This document shows, piece by piece, positions 28,440 to 42,585 of a DNA stretch of 64,000 nucleotides. The position numbers and the translations under genes were made by a program. The notes beneath the pieces were generated by a model. That model made no database searches, was not told the DNA's origin, and saw nothing but the letters and a program-made list of their open reading frames with translations. The stretch comes from Eledone cirrhosa (taxonomy: Eukaryota): assembly GCA_964016885.1 (NCBI GenBank), contig OZ024741.1:160394001-160458000 (forward strand), read 5' to 3'. Position 1 is the stretch's first letter. Each line of letters opens with the position of its first letter.

Positions 28440-29300
28440 CCCACAACCCCAGCCCTTGTGATGCTGGTAGAAACATGAAAAACTTACAATATATAAATGC
28501 AGGTCGACAAACACGAAATGACCGGACCCAGCGAATGAGACCAACGTAGAAAAAGCACTGAAGGAGATAATGTACGACATACACACGTGCTCTTTAAGGT
28601 GAGGTTGAGGCCATCAAACACCCTACGGTGCCCTGCTGGAGCGACATGTATGTTCACTATCTGTCATATTCAGGAAGAAGGACGGTAAAATTCAAGATTT
28701 CAGGGATCCCACTAAATGTGAATGTATGGTGGCTATTGGCGTGCATCGTCCTAGAATGAAGCAACAACGTCAACAAATTGAAACGAACTCGACGGGGATG
28801 AATGTGCAGGTGCTATTCCACATCAGACCAGATAACATCCATAAAATCAGAGATCTCATTCGCCTTCTGGTAGGAGTGGAGTAGCATCTTATGGTTGAGG
28901 GCAGAAAAACCCCAGCCCTAGTGATGTTGGCAGATACATGAAAAACTTACAATATATAAATGCAGGTCCACAAACACGAAATGACCGGAGTCAGCAAATA
29001 AGACGAACATAGAAAAAGCACTGAAAGAGATAATGTACGACAAACAACACACCGCAAGGGCCAGACAGTTTGTGGACATTTAAGTGCTCTTTAAGGTGAG
29101 GTCGAGGTCTGGGATCAATATGCAGGTGCTACTCCACATCAGACCAGATAACATCCATAAAATCAGAGATCACATTCGCCTTCTGGTAGGAGTGGAGTTG
29201 TATGTTATGGTTGAGGGCAGAAAATCTCGTTGCCATTTGTGGAGGAGACAAACCACTTGAGTTCTTTCTGTCCTCAACGGACCCAAATAGCTACAGCAAC
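28440..29300 (+). pseudogene. Decayed, internally duplicated ORF1 of the Tx1-like LINE family
   Basis: AIKHPTVPC...SYSGRRTVKFKISGIPLNVNVWWLLACIV aligns with ORF1 at 35530-35675. 28445-28610 is repeated at 28910-29105 and 28803-28906 at 29120-29224. Confidence 0.75.
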
Positions 29301-29669
29301 AACACTGGCACCAACCCCACTAGCAGTTGCAGCATCAACAACAGTGGCAGCAAACCTACAACTGCAGAATCACCAATACCAGCATCAACAATAACAACTA
29401 CAACACCACCAACAGCAGCAGCAGCAGCAGCACCAGCACAACAACCAACAGCAAAAAAAAAACAACAGACATCGTGAAAAACGCAGAGGGTCTCTAGACT
29501 AATCTCTCTTTCTCTGTCTCCCGCCCGCTCTCTCTCTCTCTCTCTCTCTCACCACCTCCCCCAAACACAAACACACTCCTACCTTTATCCGGGACAGATT
29601 CGGCAGACCCCGGTGCATCCACATCTAGAAGATGGTGGGAAGTCGCAAAACATCATGTTTCCCCACACC

Positions 29670-29790
29670 AAGACACACACCAGAAACTATAGGGACGACC
29701 TTGATCTCATGACATTTCCAAATTCTTTTCAGTTCCCTCTTTAAATCCTGGAACCACTTATTTTTCTCCTCCTTTTTGCACTCTTCTATA
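29670..29790 (-). pseudogene. Fragment of a restriction-like endonuclease LINE (R4/Dong-like) C-terminus
   Basis: EEKNKWFQDLKRELKRIWKCHEIKVVPIVSG resembles EK..KYQDL..E..R.W...VVPIVIG. Confidence 0.65.
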
Positions 29791-30335
29791 TATGACGAGG
29801 ATGATGAGAGATTCCATCCTATTGCTGAGGGTCGGGGGCCACAAACAAGTCCACTAATGTTCATCTATGTGATGATGTATGTCCATGATTCTCATTGGGG
29901 AAAAAGGTGAAGTCAGAGAGTCCTAGATCCTCGTCCCACCATTACTCAGAAGCTGGTTACCGATCCGCAGCTCATCTGCCTTCATCACAAGGATGAAACT
30001 GTTATCCACTTCAAAGTTTGTCACCAAGGTAACTATGGAGTCCCGTCTACCCCGGTTTTGAAATTAGTGTGATCTTTCTCCGAGACAGACTGACAACCAT
30101 GCCTAATGAGCTTTGATTCCAAGTTTTCTTTTTGTGGTTTTATTTACACGCCGTTGACTAGACTGAGTTTTTCCGCCCTTTGGCGGATTTTTTAGTTTTT
30201 AATCCCGCAGGATGACCAAAAATCATCCTTCTCACGAAGCAAGTTTGATGGGCTTTACAATTTAGTCGCCGACGACCCGACAATGTGACTGGTTGAACTG
30301 AATTACATGTTACTAGTACTGCTCGATAGTGATCT

Positions 30336-30381
<46 letters not shown>

Positions 30382-30601
30382 CATATGAAGGCGCTTGGGT
30401 TAGTGGTTATAGCGTTCTGCTTATATTCGTGGGTTTGTGAGATCGTTTCTCGAACTGGGCTTTGAGTTGAGCTCCAGTTTACTCGAAATTGTTTTTCGTT
30501 TTGTTTTGTTTCCTTTCATTGTCTTGTCATTTCTTTGCTAATTTTCTTAGGTTTATATATATGTGTGTGTGTGTGTGTGCGCGCACGTGCGTGTGTGTGT
30601 A

Positions 30602-31249
<648 letters not shown>

Positions 31250-31387
31250 TCTATTTTTGTATTTCCTTTCCAAGATTCTTGGTGTGAATTTGTGTGTTAA
31301 AACGATATTGTAATACTTCGCACGGGTCGTGTTGCTAATATAAGCACACGCACCAGTTGAGTTTCACTTCAGTTTTATCATTATTTA

Positions 31388-31722
31388 GCGGTGGATTGGC
31401 AGTATCGGTAGAGGGTCGGACGCCATGCTTTGACGCATAGAGTTACGGCCCTTGCAATTCTAAGTTCAAATCCCGCCGAGGTTAACTTTACGTTTCATCA
31501 TTACGGGGTCGATAAAATAAAGTACCAGTAATACACTGGTTAATTGCTGGCCTTGTGCCGAAAGTAGAAACAATTATTATTTAGGTAAGTAATACATTTC
31601 TCGGTCAGTTTAGTGACCAGATGATTATTTAGTTGCCTTTCATCCTTACGGCGTCGATAAAATAAAGTACCAGTAATGCGCTGGGTTTTTGCTGGCCTTG
31701 TGCCTAAAGTAGAAACAATTAT
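31388..31722 (+). mobile_element. Full SINE (31388-31581) plus a 5'-truncated tandem copy (31633-31722)
   Basis: A and B boxes, shared body, and tail ggccttgtgcc.aaagtagaaacaattatt. Confidence 0.85.
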
Positions 31723-31839
31723 TTAGTTATAAGGGTTAATTATCAAAGCTCTTTCTCTACATAGTTTGTCGCCTTCTCCATGACAACTCTTGCTCTTCTG
31801 TCTCCTCTTCCTCCTATTTAATCTATCTTGCCTTTCTAT

Positions 31840-32074
31840 ACTCACACACACACACACACACACACATACATACACTTATATATATACAAGTGTGTGTGTG
31901 TACATGTATATATATGCATACACACACATGTATATATATATATGAATATATGTATGTGTGCGCGTAGATACATATATATATGCATACATACACACATATG
32001 TATATATATATATAAATATGTGTATGTGTGTGTGTATATATATATATATGCATACATACACACATATGTATATA

Positions 32075-32132
<58 letters not shown>

Positions 32133-32249
32133 TGTGTATGTGTGTGGGTAGATATGTATATATATATATGCATACATACACACATATGTATATATATATA
32201 TATATAAATATGTCTACATGTGTGTGTAGATATATATATATGCATACAT

Positions 32250-32283
<34 letters not shown>

Positions 32284-32382
32284 GCATACATACACACTTA
32301 TGTGTATATATATATATATATATATGTCTAGGTGTGTGTGTAGATATATATCTATGCATACATACACACATATGTATATATG

Positions 32383-32415
<33 letters not shown>

Positions 32416-32839
32416 AGATATATAGATATATATATATGCATACATACACACACATGTATATATATATATGTGTGTGTGTAGATATATATATATATGCATA
32501 CATACACACACATTTATATATATATATAAATATGTGTATGTGTGTGTGTAGATATATATATATGCATACATACACACACATGTATATATATATATGTATG
32601 TGTGTGTGTAGATATATATATATGCATACATACACACATATGTATATATATATAAATATGTGTATGTTTGTGTGTAGATATATATATATATATATGCATA
32701 CATACACACATATGTATATATATATATAAATATGTGTATGTGTGTGTAGATATATATATATGCATACATACATACATATGTATATATATATGAATATGTG
32801 TATGTGTGTGTGTAGATATATATATGCATACATACACAC

Positions 32840-32870
<31 letters not shown>

Positions 32871-33053
32871 AATATGTGTAGGTGTGTGTGTAGATATATA
32901 TCTATGCATACATACACATATATGTATATATATATATAAATATGTGTATGTGTGTGTAGATATATATATATGCATAAATACACACACATGTATATATATA
33001 TATAAATATGTGTACGTGTGTGTAGATATATATATATGCATACATACACACAC

Positions 33054-33129
<76 letters not shown>

Positions 33130-33365
33130 GCATACATACACACAAATGTATATATATATATATATTAATGTGTATGTGTGTGTGTAGATATATATATATG
33201 CATACATACACACATATGTATCTATATATATATATGTAAATATGTGTAGGTCTGTGTGTAGATATATATATAGATATATATATATATGCATACATACACA
33301 CATATGTATATATATATATATAAATATGTCTAGGTGTGTATGTAGATATATATATATGCATACAT

Positions 33366-33408
<43 letters not shown>

Positions 33409-33463
33409 TGTTTAGGTGTGTGTGTAGATATATATCTATGCTTACATACACACACACACACAG

Positions 33464-33541
<78 letters not shown>

Positions 33542-33631
33542 ATTTCTAGATGTGTGTGTAGATATATATATATGCATACATACACATACACATATTTATA
33601 TATATATATATATATAAATAAATATGTCTAG

Positions 33632-33663
<32 letters not shown>

Positions 33664-33784
33664 GCATACATACACACATATGTATATATATATATGTAAA
33701 TATGTCTAGGTGTGTGTGTAGATATATATCTATGTATACATCATACACACATATGTATATATATATATAAATATGTGTAGGTGG

Positions 33785-33880
<96 letters not shown>
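31840..33880. repeat. Microsatellite-derived ~60-bp minisatellite
   Basis: Recurrent tatatgcatacatacacacatatgtatata...aatatgtgtatgtgtgtgtagata units. Confidence 0.9.
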
Positions 33881-33883
<3 letters not shown>

Positions 33884-34209
33884 TGCGTGTGTCTACGTAT
33901 GTGTGTGAATATGTGTCTCTAGACGTTTTCCACGTTTCCTATGTAAGATGGGAAACACAACCACTCCCTCCTCATTCCCTCCTTCAACACAATACACACG
34001 AGAATTATAAATCAAAGGATTCCTATCACAGAGATAAACCTCCATACCTAATATTATTATCATTATTATCATTATCATTGATAATAATATTATGTTATTA
34101 CTCTTGTTACTAGTAGTAGCAGCAGTAACACTGGTGGCAGTAGTGGTAATAGTAACTAATTACGCCGAGAATGTAAATTGTCCAATGATATATGTAGATT
34201 TTTCTTCAC

Positions 34210-34240
<31 letters not shown>

Positions 34241-34253
34241 GTGTGTGTAACTG

Positions 34254-34414
34254 TACACATACATCTCAACCACTCACACACTCACACACACACACACAAG
34301 CACACATCCAATGAGAAGCATACACACACACACGAGCATACGTACATACCCACGCACGCACTCACACACACATACATACACACACACACACACACACGCA
34401 TATCACACACACAG

Positions 34415-34483
<69 letters not shown>

Positions 34484-34486
34484 TTG

Positions 34487-34520
<34 letters not shown>

Positions 34521-34690
34521 TGTGTGTGTGTGCCGTGTGTGTGATATGCGTGTGTGTGTATGTGTGTGTATGAGAGTCTGCGCGTGGGTATGTACGTATG
34601 CTCGTGTGTGTGTGTGTGTGTATGCTTCTCAATGGATGTGTGTGTGTGCTTGTGTGTGTGTGTGTGTGAGTGGTTGAGATGTATGTGTAC
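34254..34690. repeat. Inverted duplication centred on a (TA)n tract
   Basis: gtacacatacatctcaaccactcac...catccaatgagaagcatac is mirrored by gtatgcttctcaatggatg...gtgagtggttgagatgtatgtgtac. Confidence 0.9.
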
Positions 34691-35239
34691 ACACATATAT
34701 ACATATTTATCTTATTTATACACATCGGTGATTTCCCCAAAGTAGAGCAGACTAAGAAACCTGCTGCAGGGTAGCAGCTTACATCTCTTTATTAAGAACT
34801 GGGTTGATGACAACACCACCATCACCATCACCATCACCAACATCGACAAGACCATCATCAACACCACCAACATCGTCATCACCACCATCACCATTAACAT
34901 CATGACTACCAGCATCACCATCTCCAACACTATCACCAACACCAACATCGCCAAGACGTCACCAATACCGTTACCATCACCATCACCAACACTATCAACA
35001 CTATCACCAACATCACAACCACCAGCATCAACATCTCCAACACCATCACCAACACTACCAACACCACTAACACCAACACCAACAACACCACCAACACCAA
35101 CACCACCAACACCATCACCAACACCACCAACACCACTAACACCACCATCACCACCAACACCACCAACACTACCAACACCAACAACAAGAGCATCAGAAGC
35201 ACCACATTTGCTGCAGCAATAGCAAAAACAAAGCGCTTA

Positions 35240-36846
35240 TTGAATATTGATATTGATATTAGCGATAAAGAAGAACAGTTGGCACAAACATGGAGGCTAA
35301 TTAAACGGGAGAAGTCCTGGGCAAACCTGACCATCCCGGACGAGGCAATAGTAGCCATGCAAAGGAGGACGGTGTTATTTCGATGTATTTCGGTGCAGAC
35401 ACGAAAAGTGGAACTTGCCAGCCAAGCAGAGGTCGAGGTTGCTTTGGAGTATATCGGAAGTAACATAGAGTACAAAGCAAGAGGCAAACAGTTCGGTACC
35501 ATCTCGGTACTATTCAAAACCGAGGCCCTCGCTATTAAGCACTCGGTGACCCCCTGCAGAACGGAACGCATTATCATGCATCCGTCCTACATGGGTAAAA
35601 TGACAGTAAAGGTACGCATTCCCAGCATCCCACCAGGAATGAATATATGGTGGCTGCTGGGATGCGTAATCGAGGAGGGGACAGACACTACCCTCCTGGA
35701 TATCAAAAGGACAGAGAGAGAGGACTGGTCCGGAATGGATTTGGAGATTCTTCTCCAAATGAAACCGGAGGACATGAACAACATCCCGGATTTTGCCCGC
35801 CTGCAGGACGGGACAACAATCCAACTAATCATTGACGGAAGAAGGCCACGCTGCTTCGTCTGCGGGGAAGCAACGCATCTGCAAGCCTTCTGCCCTCAGC
35901 GCAAAAATGCAGGGGGTCGCAAACCTCCTTTGTTGCCAACGCCAGTGTCAGCACGGAAAGCTGCACCACCACCACCACCAAAAACAACACCAACAAAAAC
36001 ACGGACACCAACATCATAAACAGCCGGATCAACACCAACACCAAAACCAATCCACGGGGAAAACGAGGAAAGCTCTCCCACTACCCCTACCCTACCCCCC
36101 CCCCCCCACCACCACCACCCCACCCCAAATTATACACATAGACAAAACAATAAACGCACACACAGACACAGAGACACTCACAGCCACAGACCCTTTGTCT
36201 TCCAGCAGCGAAGATGAAGGAAAATCCAAAAGTGCAAAAAAAACAGAGAAAACTTACAAAAAAAAAGCCCCAACAAAACACAAAAACATACACAACAAAT
36301 ACAGACACCACTAACGCAAACACTTCCCCAATAACATCAGCACCATCAGCAACATCGACACCACCTCCACAATCCCCGAAACGCAAACAACCTAAACAAA
36401 CACAAGTACAAATCAACACACAAATACCTGAAATTGCAGACACCACATCTACAACAAACACAGACATACCCGAAACAACACCACCAAAACCATCGCCACC
36501 ACAGTCACCAAAACGAAAACAAATAAAACCACACCAACAGAATGTTAAAAACTTCGTGCTTGTCAGAAGGGTCAACGATAAACTGATGGCCCTCTTAGCA
36601 CGAAGCGAGGACATTCAAACAGAGGGAGAGATTTTTGAAATGAGCACATGTTGCGTGCCAGAAGATTTGATTCTGGTCCGAATGTCACTCAATTCCTTCA
36701 AAGAAATTCGAGAGAGCTTTCCTCAAGACGTGGGAACCCCGAATGTGAAACCCACATCAATACTTTTAAAGGGGTTCCCAAAAGAAACCCCACCAACCAT
36801 GGAGGTCGAACAACCCGACCTTCACAATACCCCGGGAGGTAAGTAA
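35240..36846 (+). pseudogene. Tx1-like ORF1 (gag-like), frameshifted, with P/T-rich tracts
   Basis: DGRRPRCFVCGEATHLQAFCP is a CX2CX4HX4C knuckle. Confidence 0.8.
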
Positions 36847-36875
36847 ACCTTCCCTCTCTCTCTTAGCTTACCAAT

Positions 36876-39800
36876 ATGGCCATATTAAGAGTAGGAAGTT
36901 TAAATGTTCGCGGCCTGGGGTCACCCTGGAAGCAGGGTCGCCTGCTCAACGACCTCAGGTCGCTGGAAATGGATGTGATTGCCGTCAGCGAGACCAGAAT
37001 TTCCGACACGCGCGCACTAGCCCCCATTTTCGACGACTATCAGATCTTCGCATCTGTTAGCAGACCGGGAATGGGGGTGGGGTGGCAGTGCTGTTTAGGA
37101 AAGGACTGGATCTCGGGGTAAGGTCGATCTTCCGGGACTCGGATGGTAAGTTGGTGGTCTTGGATGTGAGCAGTAGCGAAGGTGGTGCCTTTAGACTGCT
37201 GGTTGTCTACGCCCCTACAGGGGCCGGACGACCGGACTTCTTTAGGCGCCTGGAGACCTTTCTGGGTACGTCTCGCCCTTTACTGTTAGCGGGGGACTGG
37301 AATGGCATCTTAGACGCACGCTGGGGTTGTGTGGAAGTAGCCGATAGGAGCGGGGGGTGCAAAAGCCTCAAGTACCGACTCAGCCAGTTCCAACTGTCAG
37401 ACAGGTATCGACTAGATTTCCCCAATGTGCCAATGTGGACATGGACCAACCGAATGGGGTCATCTAGATCGTATATAGACAGGATCTTCATTAGGAAAAT
37501 AGATAGAAATAGTGTAGGCTGCCCACTTTTTAAAATGGTCGCCTATTCAGATCACAAATTTGTAATCTGTACGGTCGACCTAGATAAAACGCGTAGGTTA
37601 GGACCTGGTTACTGGAAGCTGAACATGTCATTTCCGGCACGTAAGGCTTACAGGGACCGTGTCAACAATTTAGTTAAGCAAAAGTTGACAGGGGGAATCA
37701 TCAACAATAGATGGTGGGGGTCTCTCAAAAGAGAGATTAGAGTAACCTCAATAGAGTTCAGCAAAGAACTAGCGTTAGAGAAAAATAGAAAGGAGGGGGA
37801 GCTGGTAGATAAGTTAGACGAGGCTATTTGTAGTGGCATTGCAACTGACGTGCTAGCGGCGAGAATGGCATTAGACCATTTCTTCAATGCCAAACACGAA
37901 GGTTGCATTGTCAGAGCTAAGGCGCGTGCGCTGAGAAACGAGGGAACCAAAGCTGTTCGATGGGCCCGCGTGGCGGAGGTGCAGCGTGGTAATAAAACCA
38001 CAATTCGGTCTTTGATAGAACCGAGACGGACACGAGACAAGCGATTCCAAGCGGATGTGTGAGGCCTTTCGCCAGCACTTTGCTCGGTTGTTCGGGGAGA
38101 GTGGCGAGTCAGAGAGAGTAGTGGATTTCAGTCCTTACCTTGACGGCTTGCTGCGGATCTCGACGGTCGACGCTGAGCGCTGCGAAAGGCCAATTACTTC
38201 AGCCGAAATTCAGGACGCCCTTGTCGGCTGCATGAGGCACAAGTCACCCGGTTTGGATGGCCTGCCCTACGAGCTTTACGTAAATATGCCAGACTTGTTC
38301 TCCGAACTCCTCGAAGCACTCTACTGCAACTGGCAGCAGAATGGGAGTATTCCCAGTTCTGTGAGCATGGGAGTGGTGACGCTGATAAGGAAAGACGATA
38401 ACAAGAGGGATACATTAGACAACTTCAGGCCCATAACTCTGCTCAACACAGAGTTTAAGATTTTGGCCAAGGTGTTAGCAAAGAGATTGGCGCTTGTCGT
38501 CGAGGATTTGGTTGGGGAGGCGCAAACTTGCGCAATCCCAGCCAGGTCCATACACGACAATCTCCACCTCATGCGATACATCATAGAGAGGGTAGGGTGT
38601 AAACCTGGCTTCAGTGGGGCACTGATCAATTTAGATCAATCGAAAGCATTCGATAGGGTCGACCATCGGTATCTGGAGTTTGTCCTCAAAGCAGCTGGCT
38701 TCGGCCCTGTCTTTAGAAGCTGGATCGCTGCAATGCACAGCGGCACACGCTCGGTGGTCAAGGTTAATGGCCACCTCTCGGAACCATTTCGGCTCTCCCG
38801 ATCGGTCCGTCAAGGGTGCCCTCTCTCTTCCCTTCTGTACGTATTGACTCTCGAGCCTTTACTGCGGAAGCTGAAACTGTTGCAGGGCATCCCGCTCGAA
38901 CCGGGACGTGGAAGGGCGGTGTCAGCTTATGCGGACGACATCGCCGTGATGGTGTCGAACACCTCAGAAATCGAGGTGGTCGGCACCTTATTGAAGGAAT
39001 ATGAAAGGTTGACAGGAGCCAAACTTAACCCGGAAAAGTCAGTAGGCTTGTAGCTCGGAACCTGGAGAGGCAAGCCCATGCCGTCCAACAGCGTCGTGGG
39101 GCGCTGGACAGACGGACCGGTAAAGTTGCTCGGGGTTTGGTTCGGACCAGACCTCCAGGTGGAAAAGAATTGGGACGAGGTAACGAGCAGAGTCGCCAGT
39201 CTCACACAAAAATGGACTGGGAGGAAGCTATCACTGAAAGGTTGCGCGGAGGTGGCGAATGCGTACATCGCGTCCGTCATCTACTACCGCCTGACCGTCG
39301 TGCCTTGCCCCCGTCCGCGTCTCGTCAAGTTGGAACAGCTCCTCTTCAAATTCTTGTGGAGGGGACAAGTTCCGTTGGTGAGGCGGTCCATCTGCTGCCA
39401 GCACCCTCTACGCGGAGGGCTGGGCATGCCGTGGCTAATGATGCGCAGACATGCGTTGAGGCTGCGACATCTCCAGATATTCTGCCTCAACGGTGAACAG
39501 GTGTGGTCGCCGTTTATCAGACGGGCCTTTCCGCAGCTCATTTCTTTGACTGAGCTGCAGTCCTGGGTCTAGAAGAGACCGAGACTGGGTGACTGGCACC
39601 TGGAATGTTGCCAGGCACTCACTGCCATCTACCAAGCGGGCAATGCGATCAATGGAACTTGCACTCTCGAGTTCTATAGAGGATTAGTGGTGGGCAAGTG
39701 CGATGACGCACTCGGAGAAGCTTTGGGCCTCGACGAAGTCGAACTGACCAGTCTGTACCGGAGGACTTTTGAGCCGGGGACGATGGACAATTTCCAGAAA

Positions 39801-40304
39801 TCCCTCGCTTGGCAGTGCTACCGGGAGGCGCTGCCGGTTCGGGATAAACTCTACATGCACGGAAGTGCTGTCAGACGGATCTGCCCAAGATGCGCACAGA
39901 ACGACGAAACCGTTCTGCACGCACTTGTCCAATGTCCGTGCATACTGACTTGTGGAGTTATGTCGAACAGCTACTGTCGCGTGTGGAACGAATCCGGCTA
40001 TCGGCCGAGTCCATAGTGAAGATCGATTCACCGCCTTCCTTAGGTCAGGAAGAGCAGGAAATTTTCCTCTGTCTGGTGGCAGTTGCGAAAGAGATTATAT
40101 GGTGGACCAGGTTAAAAGGACTGAAGACAGACACTTTCCTCTTCGGCCAATCCCTCATCAACTTCTTCAAGTTTCACCTGGAAAGGAAGGTGAGGGTGGA
40201 GAGAGAAGTGCCCCCCCCCCCCCCACATTACATTTGCTAAAAGGTGGATGAATGTGGCGAGAATGGCTCGTGTGAATGGGCCTACTCTGACCATGCGCCT
40301 ATAG
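36876..40304 (+). pseudogene. Tx1-like ORF2: APE endonuclease, reverse transcriptase and C-terminal Zn motif; several frameshifts and stops
   Basis: SLNVRGL, SET, GDWN, SYIDRIF, SDH, WKLN; KSPGLDG, FRPITLLN, LDQSKAFDRV, QGCPLS, YADD; CPRC....ETVLHALVQC. Breaks near 37080, 38040, 39051, 39570, 39945 and 40220. Confidence 0.95.
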
Positions 40305-40817
40305 GCTAGCTAACTTAAGGAGAGGGGTGCTCTCCCTGGGTGCCCTAGAAGTGCAGGGTGGTTCAGGATTGGTGGGGTACCCGAGTCACCCCAGGTTCGT
40401 CCACCCCCTATCGGGGAATTTATTTTGTTATATTTATGCATAGTGTATTTTATATCTTTATATTTTCATTGTTAAATTAGTCTTGCCATTGTGCACGTTT
40501 ACTCGACCTTATTGTAAACCCCCACTGTCCCTGTCTTTGTATTGTCCCCTACATGTCGGCCCTTGTGGCTAATAAATGAAATCATTATTATTATTGTTAT
40601 TGTCAGTCTTATAAATATTACACTTTCCTTTGTACTTCATTTCTTTGTCGATTATTTTCTCTCATCTCTTCTTCCCTGAACGACAGTTTTCTTGTGTCGT
40701 CTGTCTCAATCAAATCTGTTGATGTGCACATTAAAGATTAGAGTTGCTTCAGAGGTAATCACATCTCTTTAATTCCCAAGTTACTCTCTACCAACAAACA
40801 TACACGCACACGCTCAC

Positions 40818-40848
<31 letters not shown>

Positions 40849-40872
40849 ATTATTTCTGTTTACCTTTTGCAT

Positions 40873-40913
<41 letters not shown>

Positions 40914-40949
40914 CATATATCTATATGTATATATATATATATGTATATT

Positions 40950-41020
<71 letters not shown>

Positions 41021-41221
41021 TATATATTGCATTATTTGATTTTGGACTGTGTTGAATTTTGTTTCTTTGCTTTAACTGTTTTCTATTTATTATATTTTTT
41101 TCTAAACCAATCTTTCACTTCAGTTAGAAATGGCACAGAAAAATACTGAAGCAAACAAGGAAAGAAATATTAAAATAAAAACACACATATACACACATAT
41201 GTATGTGTGTGTCTGATATGC

Positions 41222-41354
<133 letters not shown>

Positions 41355-41670
41355 TGTGTGTCTGTGTGATATGCGTGTGTGAAATGTGAGTAGAATACAC
41401 ACAAAAAGTGGCTACAACACCACAGAAGAGATATTGAGACGCCATTCCCATAATGGATGATAAAAAAAAACAAATCTTCCATAAAAAAGGATAAAAAATG
41501 ATAAAAAAGAAAGGTAGATAATAAAAGAAAGATGATAAAACAACGGAGAAGTAATGGAATCGGAGAGAATCGAACGACAGAATTAAGGAATACATAATGA
41601 CAGAATGACAGGATGGCAAGATACAAAAATCATGAGAGGCGACTACTTACGTTCATCATGCCTAAATATG

Positions 41671-41723
<53 letters not shown>

Positions 41724-41796
41724 ATGTGTGTGTGTGTGTGTGTGTAGTAAAAGAGCGAAGAATGACGTGATCGGCTGTACAATAGGGTTTATTTAA

Positions 41797-41877
41797 AGTA
41801 TTAACAATTGTTTCATTAGTCCGCCACGTCACTCGATTTTAATTACAGTCGATACCCGACCAAATCATCAGAATACT
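41797..41877 (-). ncRNA. Hammerhead ribozyme
   Basis: AGTATT-CTGATGA-T-TTGGTC...GACTAA-T-GAAA-C AATT G-TT-AATACT. Confidence 0.82.
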
Positions 41878-41896
41878 GATCTGTGTACATTACACA

Positions 41897-42067
41897 GGTG
41901 TCATCATAGCTAGCTTCGTCGATATCATCACATATATTTTAGTCTGCGTTTATGAATATGATATGATACGAAAATGTGCACCCACACCACACTTTCGTAC
42001 AACCCTTTATCCTCGATACAGGGTACTCATAACCTCTACTTGGATTACCTTAAACGATATCTTGTTA

Positions 42068-42102
<35 letters not shown>

Positions 42103-42585
42103 TCTTCGAGGGAGAAGAGCCTTCTGAAGATTGCTCCCTTCTCAATGGAAATCCGCTTGGATTTTCCGTTTATTCTGGAGCATGAAATCGCGGTAAAGGC
42201 ACATATAGTAAGTACTGCGAATTTTTATTTATTTATTTTAAAACTTTTTCTCTATTTGCTAGACCTTGATTTTATATATATATATATTATTTTCTCTCTG
42301 TTGCTACTATGAGCTTCGCGGATTGCTGCTGATCAGAACTCGTTGTTGCTAATATATAATATTCCCCACATCGGTATTGAACATTCTTACCTCGAGTTTG
42401 CAAACCCAAACATATGGATATATACATATATATACATATATATAGCAAACATCATCTCCATGTTAAATCTGCTGTGGTACGAAAGTGTGGTGCGGATGCA
42501 CATTCTCGTATCATATATTTATAAACGCAGACTAAAATATTAAAATATCTGTGATGATGTCGACGAAGCTAGCTATGATGACACC
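41897..42585. repeat. Inverted arms 41897-42000 / 42477-42585 enclosing a TA-inserted HHR fragment
   Basis: ggtgtcatcatagctagcttcgtcga...cactttcgtac / gtacgaaagtg...tcgacgaagctagctatgatgacacc. Confidence 0.88.
42119..42200 (+). ncRNA. Hammerhead ribozyme with extended stem II
   Basis: GCCTT-CTGAAGA-T-TGCTCC..(aatggaaatcc/ggattttccgtt)..GGAGCA-T-GAAA-T CGCG G-TA-AAGGC. The 3' flank recurs at 17455-17528. Confidence 0.85.

Larger units (their letters stand above)
34725..40600 (+). mobile_element. Near full-length Tx1/L1-clade non-LTR retrotransposon
   Basis: ORF1 with a CCHC knuckle, ORF2 with APE-RT-Zn, 3' UTR with AATAAA at 40571 and an (ATT)n tail. The 5' boundary is approximate. Confidence 0.93.

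Noticed and set aside
31823-33577. 584-aa ORF and other YI/HT/CV-rich ORFs
   Set aside because: Translation of dinucleotide microsatellites that lack stop codons.
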